The notes: generated from the letters alone by a model not told the origin. A stretch of DNA of 64,000 nt from Candidatus Thorarchaeota archaeon (GCA_048882045.1 JBHLRZ010000008.1:48906-112905); one strand, 5' to 3'. Positions 49,592 through 60,211 are shown, counted from the first letter of the stretch. Numbers and translations: made by a program.

Positions 49592-49909
49592 GTGTATGAA
49601 GTGCCTAAGATACGATCATTCCCGAGAACCAGAACTGAACCGCAGAAACGGATACTTCTGATTCCAGTACTCCTGTTAGTTAGTGGTTCGATAATGCTCA
49701 TGATACAAGGTCTTCAATTCCTTGGCGCAATTCTTTCATTGACCGGTGTTCTTACCATCTTCCTGGTCGGAATGGTCTTTGCAGATCTTTGGACATCATA
49801 TAGACGGACCAGGCAGATAATCAAAGAACGAGAAGAGAGAGGGCAACCAACTGAGGATGATGAGGATCTCGAAGAGGATCCATTCGAAGAAATACTTGGA
49901 GATGAGTGA
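49592..49909 (+). CDS. Small two-TM protein with acidic tail
   Basis: Two hydrophobic helices, then a charged tail (EDDEDLEEDPFEE). Confidence 0.6.
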   Translation: MYEVPKIRSFPRTRTEPQKRILLIPVLLLVSGSIMLMIQGLQFLGAILSLTGVLTIFLVGMVFADLWTSYRRTRQIIKEREERGQPTEDDEDLEEDPFEEILGDE

Positions 49910-50059
49910 ATGCGTTCTTATTTTGCATACCCGAACTAATTCTGCTACCCGAACCAATTGCTTTTTTAGGGCTACCTCGCGATTTTCACTCTAGTAGACA
50001 AGAGCAGAGTATGTTCATTTTCCTTACATGTTGAACTTCTCTCAAATGGAGGATTATAT

Positions 50060-51628
50060 TTGTCCGAGAAAGGTTGGCGTGACAGCAACTGGTACTCAAG
50101 AACAAGCGGTTTCTGGCGTGAATACCGCAAGCATAGAATTGGAATCATTGGGTTGGTCATAATGGCATCCTTCGTTCTGATGGCAGTATTCGCTCCCTAC
50201 TTGGGAACAGCTGATCCCAACCCTCTATCATCTGTTGCTCCTAATTATCTTGCACCATCATGGATGAGTGTCTTTGATCCAGGAGGTGTAGTTACTGGCC
50301 CGCTTTTAACGCACGAGGATATGGATACAGAACCTACTATCATCATTAATGGAACTAGTGGGGAATTTACTTCAGCACACTATCAAGCAACTGAGCCTGG
50401 TGAGAAGAGTTATACAAATTTGACATGGTCACATACAGCAGGGACGCAACTGGATTATTATGGTGTAGACCCGGCTGAAACCATGCCAGAATATGGGGAC
50501 TTCATCTATTTGGAACAGACTTTCCCATGGTTGTACAACGGTGTGCCAAGTGGTCTCAACATGTCAGTCACATTCGGTACAACCCTCTCAGGTGACTTTG
50601 ACCCAGATGCGGGACTGAGTGGCAACCTAATGTTCAGACTCTATGTGTGGATAGTCGATTCATCTGGCAATTGGTATCGTGTGTATGAAACAACTTCTGC
50701 AACATACAGAGAAACTATTGCAACTTATCGGTTCGCAGTTACCTACACCAAGATTCGGGACGTTTTCACTGGAATGATTGAGGTCAATGGTACACAAGAA
50801 GATCCAGATGACATCGTGGCTGTCAGAGTTGGTTTGGCTCCGTTTCATTTCTTTGAGAACTATGCTGGTGGCTCACCTTGGCAGAATTATACAGGTTCTG
50901 TCACTTTCACAGTTGAAGGCATCAACTTGATTGCCTACGGGAATTATTATGGTGGACTTGGAACTACCTTCTGGGGCGCTGATGCGTACTCGCAACTCAT
51001 CTATGGAAGCAGAGTGTCTTTGATTATCGGAGTGCTGGCAACAGCACTATCCACTGTAGTGGGCGTGCTAGTCGGACTTGCAGCAGGCTACTTCGGCGGA
51101 GGCATTGACGAAGTTCTAATGCGGGTTGTAGACTTTCTCCTTGTAATTCCAGGATTGCCGCTTATGATGGTCCTGGCTATATTTCTTGGAGAGTCGACGA
51201 TGAACATCATCATTGTGATATCTGTATTAGGTTGGACAGGAACGGCACGACTAATTCGGTCTCAGGTCTTGGCTGAAAAGAATAAGGCCTATGTCGAGTC
51301 TGCTAGAGCGATAGGTGCTAGTGACACCTACATAATGTTTCGGCATATCTTACCGAATGTGACACCAATTCTCTTCGCGAACATCACGCTTGGAGTGGTT
51401 GGAGCAATTCTAGCAGAAGCTGGTCTTTCATTCCTTGGTCTGACCAATATCGAAGAACCTAGTTGGGGACGAATGCTGGCCGATGCTCAAAATGGAGCAG
51501 CATTCATCAGAGGTGCCTGGTGGGTTGTTCTCTTCCCAGGTCTCATGATCACGCTTCTCTCTCTGTCCTTCACATTCGTTGGTCATACTCTTGACCAAGT
51601 ACTGAATCCAAGACTCAGAGAACGGTAG
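50060..51628 (+). CDS. oppC: Oligopeptide ABC permease with large extracytoplasmic insertion
   Basis: LGTTFWGADAYSQLIYGSRVSL, YVESARAIGAS, RHILPN, EAGLSFLG, SWG.ML, LNPR. Confidence 0.88.
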   Translation: MSEKGWRDSNWYSRTSGFWREYRKHRIGIIGLVIMASFVLMAVFAPYLGTADPNPLSSVAPNYLAPSWMSVFDPGGVVTGPLLTHEDMDTEPTIIINGTSGEFTSAHYQATEPGEKSYTNLTWSHTAGTQLDYYGVDPAETMPEYGDFIYLEQTFPWLYNGVPSGLNMSVTFGTTLSGDFDPDAGLSGNLMFRLYVWIVDSSGNWYRVYETTSATYRETIATYRFAVTYTKIRDVFTGMIEVNGTQEDPDDIVAVRVGLAPFHFFENYAGGSPWQNYTGSVTFTVEGINLIAYGNYYGGLGTTFWGADAYSQLIYGSRVSLIIGVLATALSTVVGVLVGLAAGYFGGGIDEVLMRVVDFLLVIPGLPLMMVLAIFLGESTMNIIIVISVLGWTGTARLIRSQVLAEKNKAYVESARAIGASDTYIMFRHILPNVTPILFANITLGVVGAILAEAGLSFLGLTNIEEPSWGRMLADAQNGAAFIRGAWWVVLFPGLMITLLSLSFTFVGHTLDQVLNPRLRER

Positions 51629-51782
51629 TTGTCTATAGTGTTGAGAGTGCGGAGCATCCGCATCTCTCTCCTTCTTTCTCCAACCGTTGGCTGTGAACAC
51701 TACTTTTATAAGGATGCGACTTGTTTGCCCATCATAACAGTACTTAGTATCACTAGGTACTAAGAAAATGGAGTGCTTCAAA

Positions 51783-52844
51783 ATGGGTCTTCGAGAATAT
51801 ATAATTCGACGTAGCATCTACATGGTTCTACTAGTGGTAGCTGTGGTGTGCTTCAACTTCTTTCTGTTTAGACTCCCAACTTTCCTTTTTGGAGCTGATC
51901 CAATCAGTCTGATGATTAGCGATGAACTTCGGTCCAACCTGACCCAAGATCTGCTTGATGCGATGTATGCCAGTTTCGGCCTTGTACAGAATCCTGACAT
52001 CTTTGACTGGATCTACATGTTTTGGCGATATATCGTTTCTATGTTCACTGGCAATTTTGGAGTTTCATTCCTGTCTCAGAGGCCAGTGATTGACCAGATC
52101 GTTTCACGTCTTCCCAACACGCTGCTGTTGATGGGCACTTCCTCCATGGTAGCAATTCTTCTTGGTATCTGGACCGGTGTGAAGGTTGCTTCAGATCCAG
52201 GCTCAAGGAAAGATATTGGTGCGGTCACGGTCGCTCTATTCGTCTATGCCTTACCTGTCTTTTGGTTGGGAATGATGCTTCTCATGGTTTTTGGGTATAT
52301 GCTCCCACTGTGGACTGAGCAAACGTTTGGTGTTGCTATCGGATTCCCCCAGTTTGGAACTATCAGCTATGAAGTTTGGGAGGTAGCGAGGACGAGTCCG
52401 TTCGGTGCCTTGATGGTAGCTGGCGATGTCCTTCACCATTTGTTCCTTCCGATGATAACTCTCGGCATTGGAGGTTATGGTGGTTATTTCCTCTACATGC
52501 GTAACAATCTCATAGACGTCATGACTGAGGACTATATCTTGACTGCACGTGCGAAGGGTCTGGACGAGAACCAAGTGCTCTATAAACACGGCATGAAGAA
52601 CGCAATGCTACCAATGGTTACAGTCATTGCCATGACCTTCGGTTTCCTAATTGACGGGGCTACACTGACTGAAACGGTGTTCACGTGGCGGGGAATGGGA
52701 CGATACATCTTTGAGAGCCTGATAGCACTAGACTATCCTGTAGTCCAGGCAATCTTCATGATCATAGCTATCACGGCCATCCTAGCCAATTTCGTTGCGG
52801 ACATGCTCTATGGAGTACTTGATCCCCGAATAAAATATGGATGA
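51783..52844 (+). CDS. oppB: Oligopeptide ABC permease
   Basis: GNFGVSF, RLPNTL, PVFWLG, EDYILTARAKGL, ETVFTW.GMG, LDPRI. Confidence 0.9.
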   Translation: MGLREYIIRRSIYMVLLVVAVVCFNFFLFRLPTFLFGADPISLMISDELRSNLTQDLLDAMYASFGLVQNPDIFDWIYMFWRYIVSMFTGNFGVSFLSQRPVIDQIVSRLPNTLLLMGTSSMVAILLGIWTGVKVASDPGSRKDIGAVTVALFVYALPVFWLGMMLLMVFGYMLPLWTEQTFGVAIGFPQFGTISYEVWEVARTSPFGALMVAGDVLHHLFLPMITLGIGGYGGYFLYMRNNLIDVMTEDYILTARAKGLDENQVLYKHGMKNAMLPMVTVIAMTFGFLIDGATLTETVFTWRGMGRYIFESLIALDYPVVQAIFMIIAITAILANFVADMLYGVLDPRIKYG

Positions 52845-52851
52845 GTATCTC

Positions 52852-52883
52852 AGGGAGCTCTTGCTCCCTCCTCCTTCTTTTTT
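52852..52883 (+). terminator. Hairpin + pyrimidine/U tract after oppB
   Basis: AGGGAGC-tctt-GCTCCCT followed by CCTCCTTCTTTTTT. Confidence 0.6.
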
Positions 52884-53042
52884 AGTCTATTTTGACACGA
52901 ATCATTTAGCTCCGCGTCTCATATATTTTGAAAAGGTGTGACGAAAAACATAATGGATACATCATTAGTAATCCTTTTATTAGCCTCTCACAATTCAACT
53001 CCATCCGAATTCGACTCGGAATGGAAAGGAGATAGAGAGAAT

Positions 53043-54929
53043 ATGAATACTTATCGTAGAAATCGTCTTCTTGCTATCACCTTAGTAACAGCTTTTCTTT
53101 TCATGGCGGTCTCGCCAGCAGTAAATGCGGCATTACCGGTACCGCCAGGGGACATGAATGTAGGTCCTTGGGTTGACAAAGTTGTGTATAAGGTGATCAT
53201 AGGAGACGATCAGGTGATTCTCGCGCTCCAAGGTGGTGTAGTTGATATACATGATGGATTCTTTGATCCTGATCAATATGCCCTCTTAGACGCAGATCCC
53301 AATCTCAATGTAGTTGATGATGTCCTCCGTAATGGTTATGGTCACATCAAGATAAACACACGTGATCCCCCTGGAAACTGGACTGCTTTCCGCAGGGCTT
53401 TTGCCTTCGCATTTGACAAGACAAGAGTCGAAACAGAAATATTTCAGGGCTTGATGAGAAAACACGACTCAATAATCGTCTACACAAACGATGATTTCAG
53501 TATCGAAGATGAACTTCCTTACCACTACTATGACGCAGACCCTGACACAGGGAATGCTCTTCTCGATGCAGCAGGATTCACAAGAGACTGGGTGACATAC
53601 CCAGTTGAGGGATGGCGTACTGATCCCAATGGTAATCCGATCCACCTCGTGATTGGATATTCTCCATCCTCACCAGCCATTGCTGGTGGTTGTGCCCAAA
53701 TAGGTGTCGATGCTCTAGAAACATTGCACATATCTGCAGAAACAAACCAAGAAGACTTCAACACATACATTGCTAACCTTAACAACCACGGAGATTATGA
53801 CCTGCTCTTCTATGCTACCTACTGGACCACAAAGACTGTAGGCTGGATAGACAGATCATACCACTCCCGCTACGTAAATGACTACGGTCTGAACGTTGTT
53901 AACTTCGTGAACGAATCAGTTGACACAGCAATCGAAAATATGTTAGCTGCCAAAGACTACGCAGAAGCCTATCAATACTGTGCCGAGATCCAGAGGCTTC
54001 TCCACTACCAAGTCCCACAGATCGTCACCTATGAGAACATCTACCTACAGGCCTACAGAAACGACAAGTTCACTGGCCATGTGAAAGACTATGGTAGATA
54101 CCTCAACGGTAAATGGACCATGCACAAGATTCGCAATCTTGATGGGACATTTGGTGGTACAGTGGCATCCGCCCTGGGCCAGGAGCCAGATACCTTCAAC
54201 CTATGGACTTCAAACTCAGGATACACACAACAGATTCTCGACTTGATATATTCAAGTCTATACGATCCAGGTCCTGACTTGAGAAAATACCCAGTCTTGG
54301 CTGAGAGTTACATCGAAGAGAGACATGCTGACAACATAGCTGTTCCTGAGGGACACCACAGGTTTACAATTGACCTCATCCAAAACGCAACGTGGAGTGA
54401 TGGTACACCCTTTACAGCAGAGGATGTTGCCTTCACATTCACCTACTTGCTGGAGAGCGCTGCCCTCGGTAATCCTGCTGGAGCTGGTCTTGTAGCACAA
54501 GAACTCGTATCAGCATATGCTCCATCCACATACCGTGTGGTCGTTGAGTTTGGCAGAGAGAGCTACTTCAACCAGGATCAAGCACTATATCTCACACCCA
54601 TACCAAAGCACATATTCGAACCAGGTGCTGGTATTGGCTATGAGGGATGGAACACTTGGAACCCAATGTTCAACCCCGAAGATCCAATGGTTACATTAGG
54701 TCCATTCCTGCTCACCGACATGGAAGCAGGTGAATTCTACGAGTGCACAGTCAATCCAAGGTGGGCTTACTTGCCTGAGGGTCGATTTGCTCCGCCAACA
54801 ACTAGTCCAACTACTAGTGGTCCAACAGGACCAACCACATTCGATGCTACACTAGCAATTGTTGCTGGTGCAGTGGGTGCTGCGGTTGTGATTCTTGTCG
54901 GTGGATTCGTCCTCCTCAGACAGAAGTAG
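53043..54929 (+). CDS. oppA: Family-5 (OppA/DppA-like) solute-binding protein with Thr/Pro linker and C-terminal TM anchor
   Basis: Signal peptide; FRRAFAFAFDK; WSDGTPFTAEDVAFT; PTTSPTTSGPT linker; C-terminal TM helix plus RQK. Confidence 0.85.
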   Translation: MNTYRRNRLLAITLVTAFLFMAVSPAVNAALPVPPGDMNVGPWVDKVVYKVIIGDDQVILALQGGVVDIHDGFFDPDQYALLDADPNLNVVDDVLRNGYGHIKINTRDPPGNWTAFRRAFAFAFDKTRVETEIFQGLMRKHDSIIVYTNDDFSIEDELPYHYYDADPDTGNALLDAAGFTRDWVTYPVEGWRTDPNGNPIHLVIGYSPSSPAIAGGCAQIGVDALETLHISAETNQEDFNTYIANLNNHGDYDLLFYATYWTTKTVGWIDRSYHSRYVNDYGLNVVNFVNESVDTAIENMLAAKDYAEAYQYCAEIQRLLHYQVPQIVTYENIYLQAYRNDKFTGHVKDYGRYLNGKWTMHKIRNLDGTFGGTVASALGQEPDTFNLWTSNSGYTQQILDLIYSSLYDPGPDLRKYPVLAESYIEERHADNIAVPEGHHRFTIDLIQNATWSDGTPFTAEDVAFTFTYLLESAALGNPAGAGLVAQELVSAYAPSTYRVVVEFGRESYFNQDQALYLTPIPKHIFEPGAGIGYEGWNTWNPMFNPEDPMVTLGPFLLTDMEAGEFYECTVNPRWAYLPEGRFAPPTTSPTTSGPTGPTTFDATLAIVAGAVGAAVVILVGGFVLLRQK

Positions 54930-54939
54930 TTTAGATTTT

Positions 54940-54972
54940 GGGGACATTATGTCCCCTCCCCTTCCTTTTTTT
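54940..54972 (+). terminator. Hairpin + pyrimidine/U tract after oppA
   Basis: GGGGACA-tta-TGTCCCC followed by TCCCCTTCCTTTTTTT. Confidence 0.65.
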
Positions 54973-55074
54973 ATTTCATCATTTTAGTCAAAAATGAATT
55001 TACCTCGATTAGTGAATTGCGTGAAAGAGAGGGCCTTTAATACTAGTTGAAGCCTGAACAACAGGGTTACACGA

Positions 55075-55950
55075 ATGAACTTTGACAGACAGCGACTCTC
55101 ATTGATCTCAATATCATCGATACCTCTGCTAATTGGCGGTATGCTTGCAGCAACCATTTTCAATTCTAGTATCCTAAACGAGATAGTAACTCGCAATTCT
55201 CAACCTTTTACTATCATAGACATAGTCGTCCAAGCATTGGTTTCTACAGGATTGGGGACGCTAGTTGTTCTCTCGCTGTTCTGGATTGTTCGAAAGCAAG
55301 GACGGCGAGCCAGGCGAACATTCGTATCCCTCGTGGTTTCACCAGTTCTTACGGTGTCCTTCTTCATTATGAGTCAATCACTCCTCCTGATTCTGTTCAA
55401 GGATGTGACTGATTCAATCCTACCAAGTATCCTCTCATTAGTCACCCTTGGAGTTCTATTCATGTCCTTTGCCTTTATCATGATAGATTCCATTCCTCCC
55501 TATCTTCGTAATTTCTTTGTCATCTTCTATGGAAGTGTCTTTGGTACATTCATGGGTATCATCTTCATAACCCAGAGTATGTTCGTCTTGATTATCTCTG
55601 TAATAGTTGAAGATTACTTTCTCACAAATTATTCTCCAGTTGCCGATACTACTGACCTGATTGACACAGTTGGATCGGACCCGTTTGACATGACAATGAT
55701 CCAATCTCAAAACGTTGCAGTCGGTGTTGGAGATTACATCGTCTTCTCTCTGATATCTGCTCATTCATTACTCTTCTTCCCCATCTATGTCTGGATACTA
55801 TCTGTGTGTCTCACATTCCTTGGTATAGTAATCAATGCCACTATCCTAACTCGTGAAAACGAACTCCAATCTGGAATTCCATTGCCAGGTCTACTTGCTC
55901 TCTTCCCGTGGGTGGTCCATATTTTGGCATTAGCAATACTTGGTGTATAG
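55075..55950 (+). CDS. Presenilin/SPP-like GxGD intramembrane aspartyl protease
   Basis: About nine TM segments; VEDYF (YD position), VGVGD, IPLPGL (PALP position). Confidence 0.7.
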   Translation: MNFDRQRLSLISISSIPLLIGGMLAATIFNSSILNEIVTRNSQPFTIIDIVVQALVSTGLGTLVVLSLFWIVRKQGRRARRTFVSLVVSPVLTVSFFIMSQSLLLILFKDVTDSILPSILSLVTLGVLFMSFAFIMIDSIPPYLRNFFVIFYGSVFGTFMGIIFITQSMFVLIISVIVEDYFLTNYSPVADTTDLIDTVGSDPFDMTMIQSQNVAVGVGDYIVFSLISAHSLLFFPIYVWILSVCLTFLGIVINATILTRENELQSGIPLPGLLALFPWVVHILALAILGV

Positions 55951-56012
55951 AACCAAGCTGCGTGGAGCAACAGGTACATATAGACACCTAGGCACGTTCA
56001 GCTCGAGCAGAG

Positions 56013-56561
56013 ATGATTTCGAGTGAGCGTTCACAGAATGTAATTGTAGCATCTGTTATCATCCTCTCTGTAGTTTGTTCCCTATTCTTTGCCAACAATA
56101 TGCAATACTACAATGGCAGCTTTACTCTAGCATCAAGGATGGAAGTAAGTCTAGAAAGTACAGTTATTCAAGACCTCGATCCGACCAATGAATCGATTTA
56201 TCCCCGACTCACGTTCACACTCAACTTTCGTACCAATTCTCCTGTTGAAGGAAATGTCAGACTAATATTTCTCGAAGCGGTGATTTGGCTCAATGATGAC
56301 TATCTCTCTCTGTCGACCATTACTAGATATCTTTCCGGTGATGAAAACCAACTCCTCACTCCGGACTACAACAAGAATCATACGTTATCGAGGATTGTTA
56401 ATTCAAATACTGATAGATCAAAAATTATTGATGCGAACAATACTGATTCCTGGCATTGGTTTGTCAGATTCAGGTACAATTTCATCACCTTTGACAACCC
56501 TCGATCAACCACATGGAGAATTCTCTACTATAACTGGACTGGATCTACTACAGTCCTATAG
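56013..56561 (+). CDS. Membrane-anchored extracellular beta-rich protein
   Basis: N-terminal TM helix; several N-x-S/T sequons. Confidence 0.65.
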   Translation: MISSERSQNVIVASVIILSVVCSLFFANNMQYYNGSFTLASRMEVSLESTVIQDLDPTNESIYPRLTFTLNFRTNSPVEGNVRLIFLEAVIWLNDDYLSLSTITRYLSGDENQLLTPDYNKNHTLSRIVNSNTDRSKIIDANNTDSWHWFVRFRYNFITFDNPRSTTWRILYYNWTGSTTVL

Positions 56562-57566
56562 CTGGTCAAGCTGATTCTTCAACATTGATATCTTCTCCAC
56601 AGTGAGAGGGTCAACACCCCTCAGATGAGCTAGTTCCACCGAAACTAGGTCCAGATAAAGCGTCATCAGGAGCATCTCCTCAATCTTAGTGTCACTTCTC
56701 ATGCTAATACGGATTGGAATGTATCCCTCATCTCCATATATCTGAGAAACAATGTCAAAACGCTCTGAAGTGCGTTCGTCTAGAAATACACTTTTCAAGA
56801 ACAAGGGCAGCATCGTTTGGTCGTTCAACTCATTAAAACTTTCAATTTCATTGTGGTTTGATTCCGGTATCTCAGAGTTGAATGCCATCACCTTTGCGTT
56901 TTCGTTGAACTGGCATTTAGCCCGATATGCAACAGGAATTAAATGCCTAGCTCCAATGAAGACCGGTGTCAACACAAGCAAATCCTCCGCCATGGACTTT
57001 GGCTTTAATGGAGAGTCCTCCCATTCTTCAAGTCTTTTTGATAGTATTCCTTCAATCCTCTTTAGGTCTGTCTTGTCGATATCAATCAAGCATTCTACAA
57101 TTTGAAGGATTACTGAGAAGAGAATAGGAAATGCTGCACGTGGCTGGAATCCTTCTGGCACAATAACACTACCATCGAGGTTCTCTTGAAGAGCCAGCTC
57201 TCCACCAGAACATATAGCAATGGTCTGGCAACCTCTCTTTAGAGTTTCTTGAAAAGCAGCAAGTGTTTCCTCAGTGTTTCCACTATAGCTAACTGTTAGT
57301 ACAACCCACCTTTTGTCAACAAATTCGGGGAGAACAGAGTCACGTACTGTAACGATAGGTATACGTGACACGTCATGAAGAAGCGCTTGGATGTAATTGC
57401 CTGCGATTCCACTTCCTCCCATTCCAACGATACAGATACCGAAGAGCCCTTCCCTTCTAATTTTGTCACATAGAACGTGTATCTCTTTTGGAATTTCAAC
57501 TGATACCAGGAGTTTCGGAAATGCTCTGACCATGCTCTCCATGTTATTCTTGTCAATATCCTCCAT
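56556..57566 (-). CDS. Bifunctional phosphoglucose/phosphomannose isomerase
   Basis: GMGGSG, SYSGNTEET, SGG.L, QPRAA, KCQFNENAK, PESNHNEIE. Confidence 0.92.
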   Translation of the reverse strand: MEDIDKNNMESMVRAFPKLLVSVEIPKEIHVLCDKIRREGLFGICIVGMGGSGIAGNYIQALLHDVSRIPIVTVRDSVLPEFVDKRWVVLTVSYSGNTEETLAAFQETLKRGCQTIAICSGGELALQENLDGSVIVPEGFQPRAAFPILFSVILQIVECLIDIDKTDLKRIEGILSKRLEEWEDSPLKPKSMAEDLLVLTPVFIGARHLIPVAYRAKCQFNENAKVMAFNSEIPESNHNEIESFNELNDQTMLPLFLKSVFLDERTSERFDIVSQIYGDEGYIPIRISMRSDTKIEEMLLMTLYLDLVSVELAHLRGVDPLTVEKISMLKNQLDQL

Positions 57567-57678
57567 AGGAACACACATCCATTCTGACATGACATTGATT
57601 GCAGTCTTAAAGATAATCCGTGCTGAAGGAGAAGACTAATCTTAGCGATTATCGGACACACAACGGAGGAACCCGATA

Positions 57679-58179
57679 ATGGGATTAATGAAAACAGCCG
57701 CTGTAAAGGGAATTATTCCATCTGGAAACAAAGTGAATGAACTGCGAACCAATCTTCTGCGTCTAATCACAGAAGTTCCTCTTGTACTGGAGGAAAGATT
57801 CGGAAAGGAGGGACTCGAAGCAGTGTCTGAGATTTTCCGAAGACTTGGAATGGAAGATGCCAGGCTGATGAAAGACCGTCTCGGATTTGAAGATGATCTT
57901 CAAGATTCTGTAGATTCATGGAGGGTCATTGGTCACATAATGGGTTCAAAGATGGAGATACAGACTGAAGGCGAAGACAGGGCAGTTGCTACACATTCGT
58001 TCTGTCCTCAATATGCGATGTTTAAGGAAAAGGGAAAGCTCCACTACTGTGAGTTTGCATGTTGGCCTTATGTCGGAAAAGTGGCTGAGGGTATTGCACC
58101 TGGAGTAACCATGGAGATAGTCCAAAAAGCAGACAATGATAATCCATGCACAAAAGCGTTGGTCATGACAAAACCCTAG
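57679..58179 (+). CDS. V4R/ATC-hydrolase-like small ligand-binding protein
   Basis: EERFGKE, FCPQY, YCEFAC, C-terminal PC. Confidence 0.6.
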   Translation: MGLMKTAAVKGIIPSGNKVNELRTNLLRLITEVPLVLEERFGKEGLEAVSEIFRRLGMEDARLMKDRLGFEDDLQDSVDSWRVIGHIMGSKMEIQTEGEDRAVATHSFCPQYAMFKEKGKLHYCEFACWPYVGKVAEGIAPGVTMEIVQKADNDNPCTKALVMTKP

Positions 58180-58183
58180 ATGA

Positions 58184-58819
58184 GTGGGAAAATTGGTTTC
58201 AGAGAAGGTCGAGTTCCAATCTCAATCATACCTACTACGTGGAGTGATCTCAATGAGTGAATCCACTTGGAAAACGGGGGTCCTGATTCTACACCCTCAC
58301 CCTTTGTATGGTGGTGACATGTACAATCCAGTTGTTACAGGCTTAGAAAGAGTGTTTCTCGATGAGGGATTCACTACATTAAGGTTCAATTTCAGAGGGG
58401 CTTTAACACCTGGATACGCTGGGATTGAAGGTGCAGTACTTGATGCGACAAATGCTCTGAACCTTCTCACTTCAAGGGGTGTCGAAAAGGTTGGACTAGC
58501 TGGTTACTCATTTGGTGGATCCACAGCCCTGCGCCTTGCATCAGTTTCATCTCCTCTATTCTTAGTAACATTAAGTGCGTCAAAGGCCCTGGTGGAAGAA
58601 GGTGGGTTCGAACTGGACAATCTTTCCAATGTGGTTTGTCCAACTCTAATGTTTCACGGCGATATGGATCAGATGGTCCCTTATGAAGATCTACGCGTGT
58701 TGTCCTCTAGAATCGGTACTGAAACTGTAGAAACCATTCTTCTTGAGGGAGAGAGTCACTTCTATCAGAGACATCTCTCAGATGTTTTGAGAACTGTGAG
58801 GAGTTTCGTCACTCAATAA
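58184..58819 (+). CDS. Alpha/beta hydrolase
   Basis: HPHPLYGGDM, RFNFRG, GYSFG nucleophile, HGDMD, SHF. Confidence 0.9.
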   Translation: MGKLVSEKVEFQSQSYLLRGVISMSESTWKTGVLILHPHPLYGGDMYNPVVTGLERVFLDEGFTTLRFNFRGALTPGYAGIEGAVLDATNALNLLTSRGVEKVGLAGYSFGGSTALRLASVSSPLFLVTLSASKALVEEGGFELDNLSNVVCPTLMFHGDMDQMVPYEDLRVLSSRIGTETVETILLEGESHFYQRHLSDVLRTVRSFVTQ

Positions 58820-58875
58820 TTGGAGTTAAGGTTAGGCTTAAGTGTAGAAATAATTTGCACCTGCATGTGTTCACG

Positions 58876-59547
58876 ATGATCAAAGCTCTAGTGTTTGATA
58901 TGGATGGAACTATCACAGTTCTTAAGCTACCACTAGAAGCAATGAGGCAAGACACCAAGAACTTCTACATCGCCAAAGGATATCCGTTGGATGGATTTGA
59001 AGAGTGTGATGGGATATCAAGTTCAACAGGCAAGGCTCGAGAGTATTTCTTATCCAATGGTGTAAGTGAAGATGAATGGCAACAAATGGAATCAGAGATT
59101 GATGTGATACTCAGTCAACATGAGGGGTTTGCAGCAGCAAATGCAGTTCCCATCAAAGGAGCACTTGAAATTGTTCAGAAGGTCCGTGATGCAGGTATGA
59201 AGACGGCAATACTGACGAACAACGGACGTCCTGCACTTGATAAAATAATCGAGCAGCTGCCACTCAACGAGTACTTCGATCTCATTTTTACTCGTCACGA
59301 AACTCCAAAACCCAAACCATTTCCAGATGGACTTTTGAGTGTCGCATCTGAGTTAGGGGTTGAGAAGAATGAGGTTGTGTATATAGGAGATGCACTCATT
59401 GATGGGACAGCTGCAAGTAGAGCTGGTATCGAGTTTTGGGGTGTTGAAACTGGTGAAACATCTGCGGAAATACTGTATGAGGCTGGTGCATCCAGAGTAT
59501 TTTCTTCATTGTCTGAGGTTTTGGATGCAATACTGGGAAGCAATTGA
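58876..59547 (+). CDS. HAD-family phosphatase (Gph-like)
   Basis: FDMDGT, LTN, KPFPDG, YIGD...D. Confidence 0.92.
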   Translation: MIKALVFDMDGTITVLKLPLEAMRQDTKNFYIAKGYPLDGFEECDGISSSTGKAREYFLSNGVSEDEWQQMESEIDVILSQHEGFAAANAVPIKGALEIVQKVRDAGMKTAILTNNGRPALDKIIEQLPLNEYFDLIFTRHETPKPKPFPDGLLSVASELGVEKNEVVYIGDALIDGTAASRAGIEFWGVETGETSAEILYEAGASRVFSSLSEVLDAILGSN

Positions 59548-59824
59548 TTCTTACCATGGCCATTTGTTAAGTCTTCACCTGAGGTCTTAGCACATCGAAA
59601 AATGCGTTTCTAGTAGCTTCCTCCGCGTTTTGATGAGTGGCAACATTAATTACGATTGAGGCGTCTAAATGACCTGTGACAGGGTTGTAATCAGCTTCTG
59701 GAGGGCCACCCCGACAGAAACTGTTCGCCTGAAGGTTATATACGAATTCGCGCCTATTACTTCTGTGACAGGCAGTATTCATCATCAATCATTGGTGCCA
59801 AGCACGCTCGAGGTAACGGAACAC

Positions 59825-60211
59825 ATGACAATAGATGAAGCGACATACCTTATTCTTCGTTCTGCAACTGGCGCATTTTCATGTCGTTCTCCGCCTGTCC
59901 CACGGAATTGGAATCCAATCGACCGACCTCATGTTGCAATGCTCTTGCCAGACTCAGGAGGTATCTTCTCGGTCTTCTTGTCCAATCCTGAGAACGATGT
60001 TGATGGACCACAGGCCCTCGAAGTGTCAGATCTCAACCGATTGCCCACCAAGACAGTGATCGAGATCCGTCATAACAATGCTCAGTACTCGTACTATCGT
60101 CGTGATAATGGCTCTTGGACAAAGGTGGCTGAGGCAAGTGACCCGTTTGTAGTCGAGGTCTTTTCGCACGGGTACGCCCCAATCATCATGAACATGATTC
60201 CTCAGATTTGA
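59825..60211 (+). CDS. Hypothetical protein
   Basis: Open frame (track start 59669); ATG 59825 follows GAGGT; no recognisable motif. Confidence 0.4.
   Translation: MTIDEATYLILRSATGAFSCRSPPVPRNWNPIDRPHVAMLLPDSGGIFSVFLSNPENDVDGPQALEVSDLNRLPTKTVIEIRHNNAQYSYYRRDNGSWTKVAEASDPFVVEVFSHGYAPIIMNMIPQI

Noticed and set aside
59567-59788. 73-aa minus-strand ORF
   Set aside because: No SD or recognisable motif; cannot be told from chance or a gene remnant.
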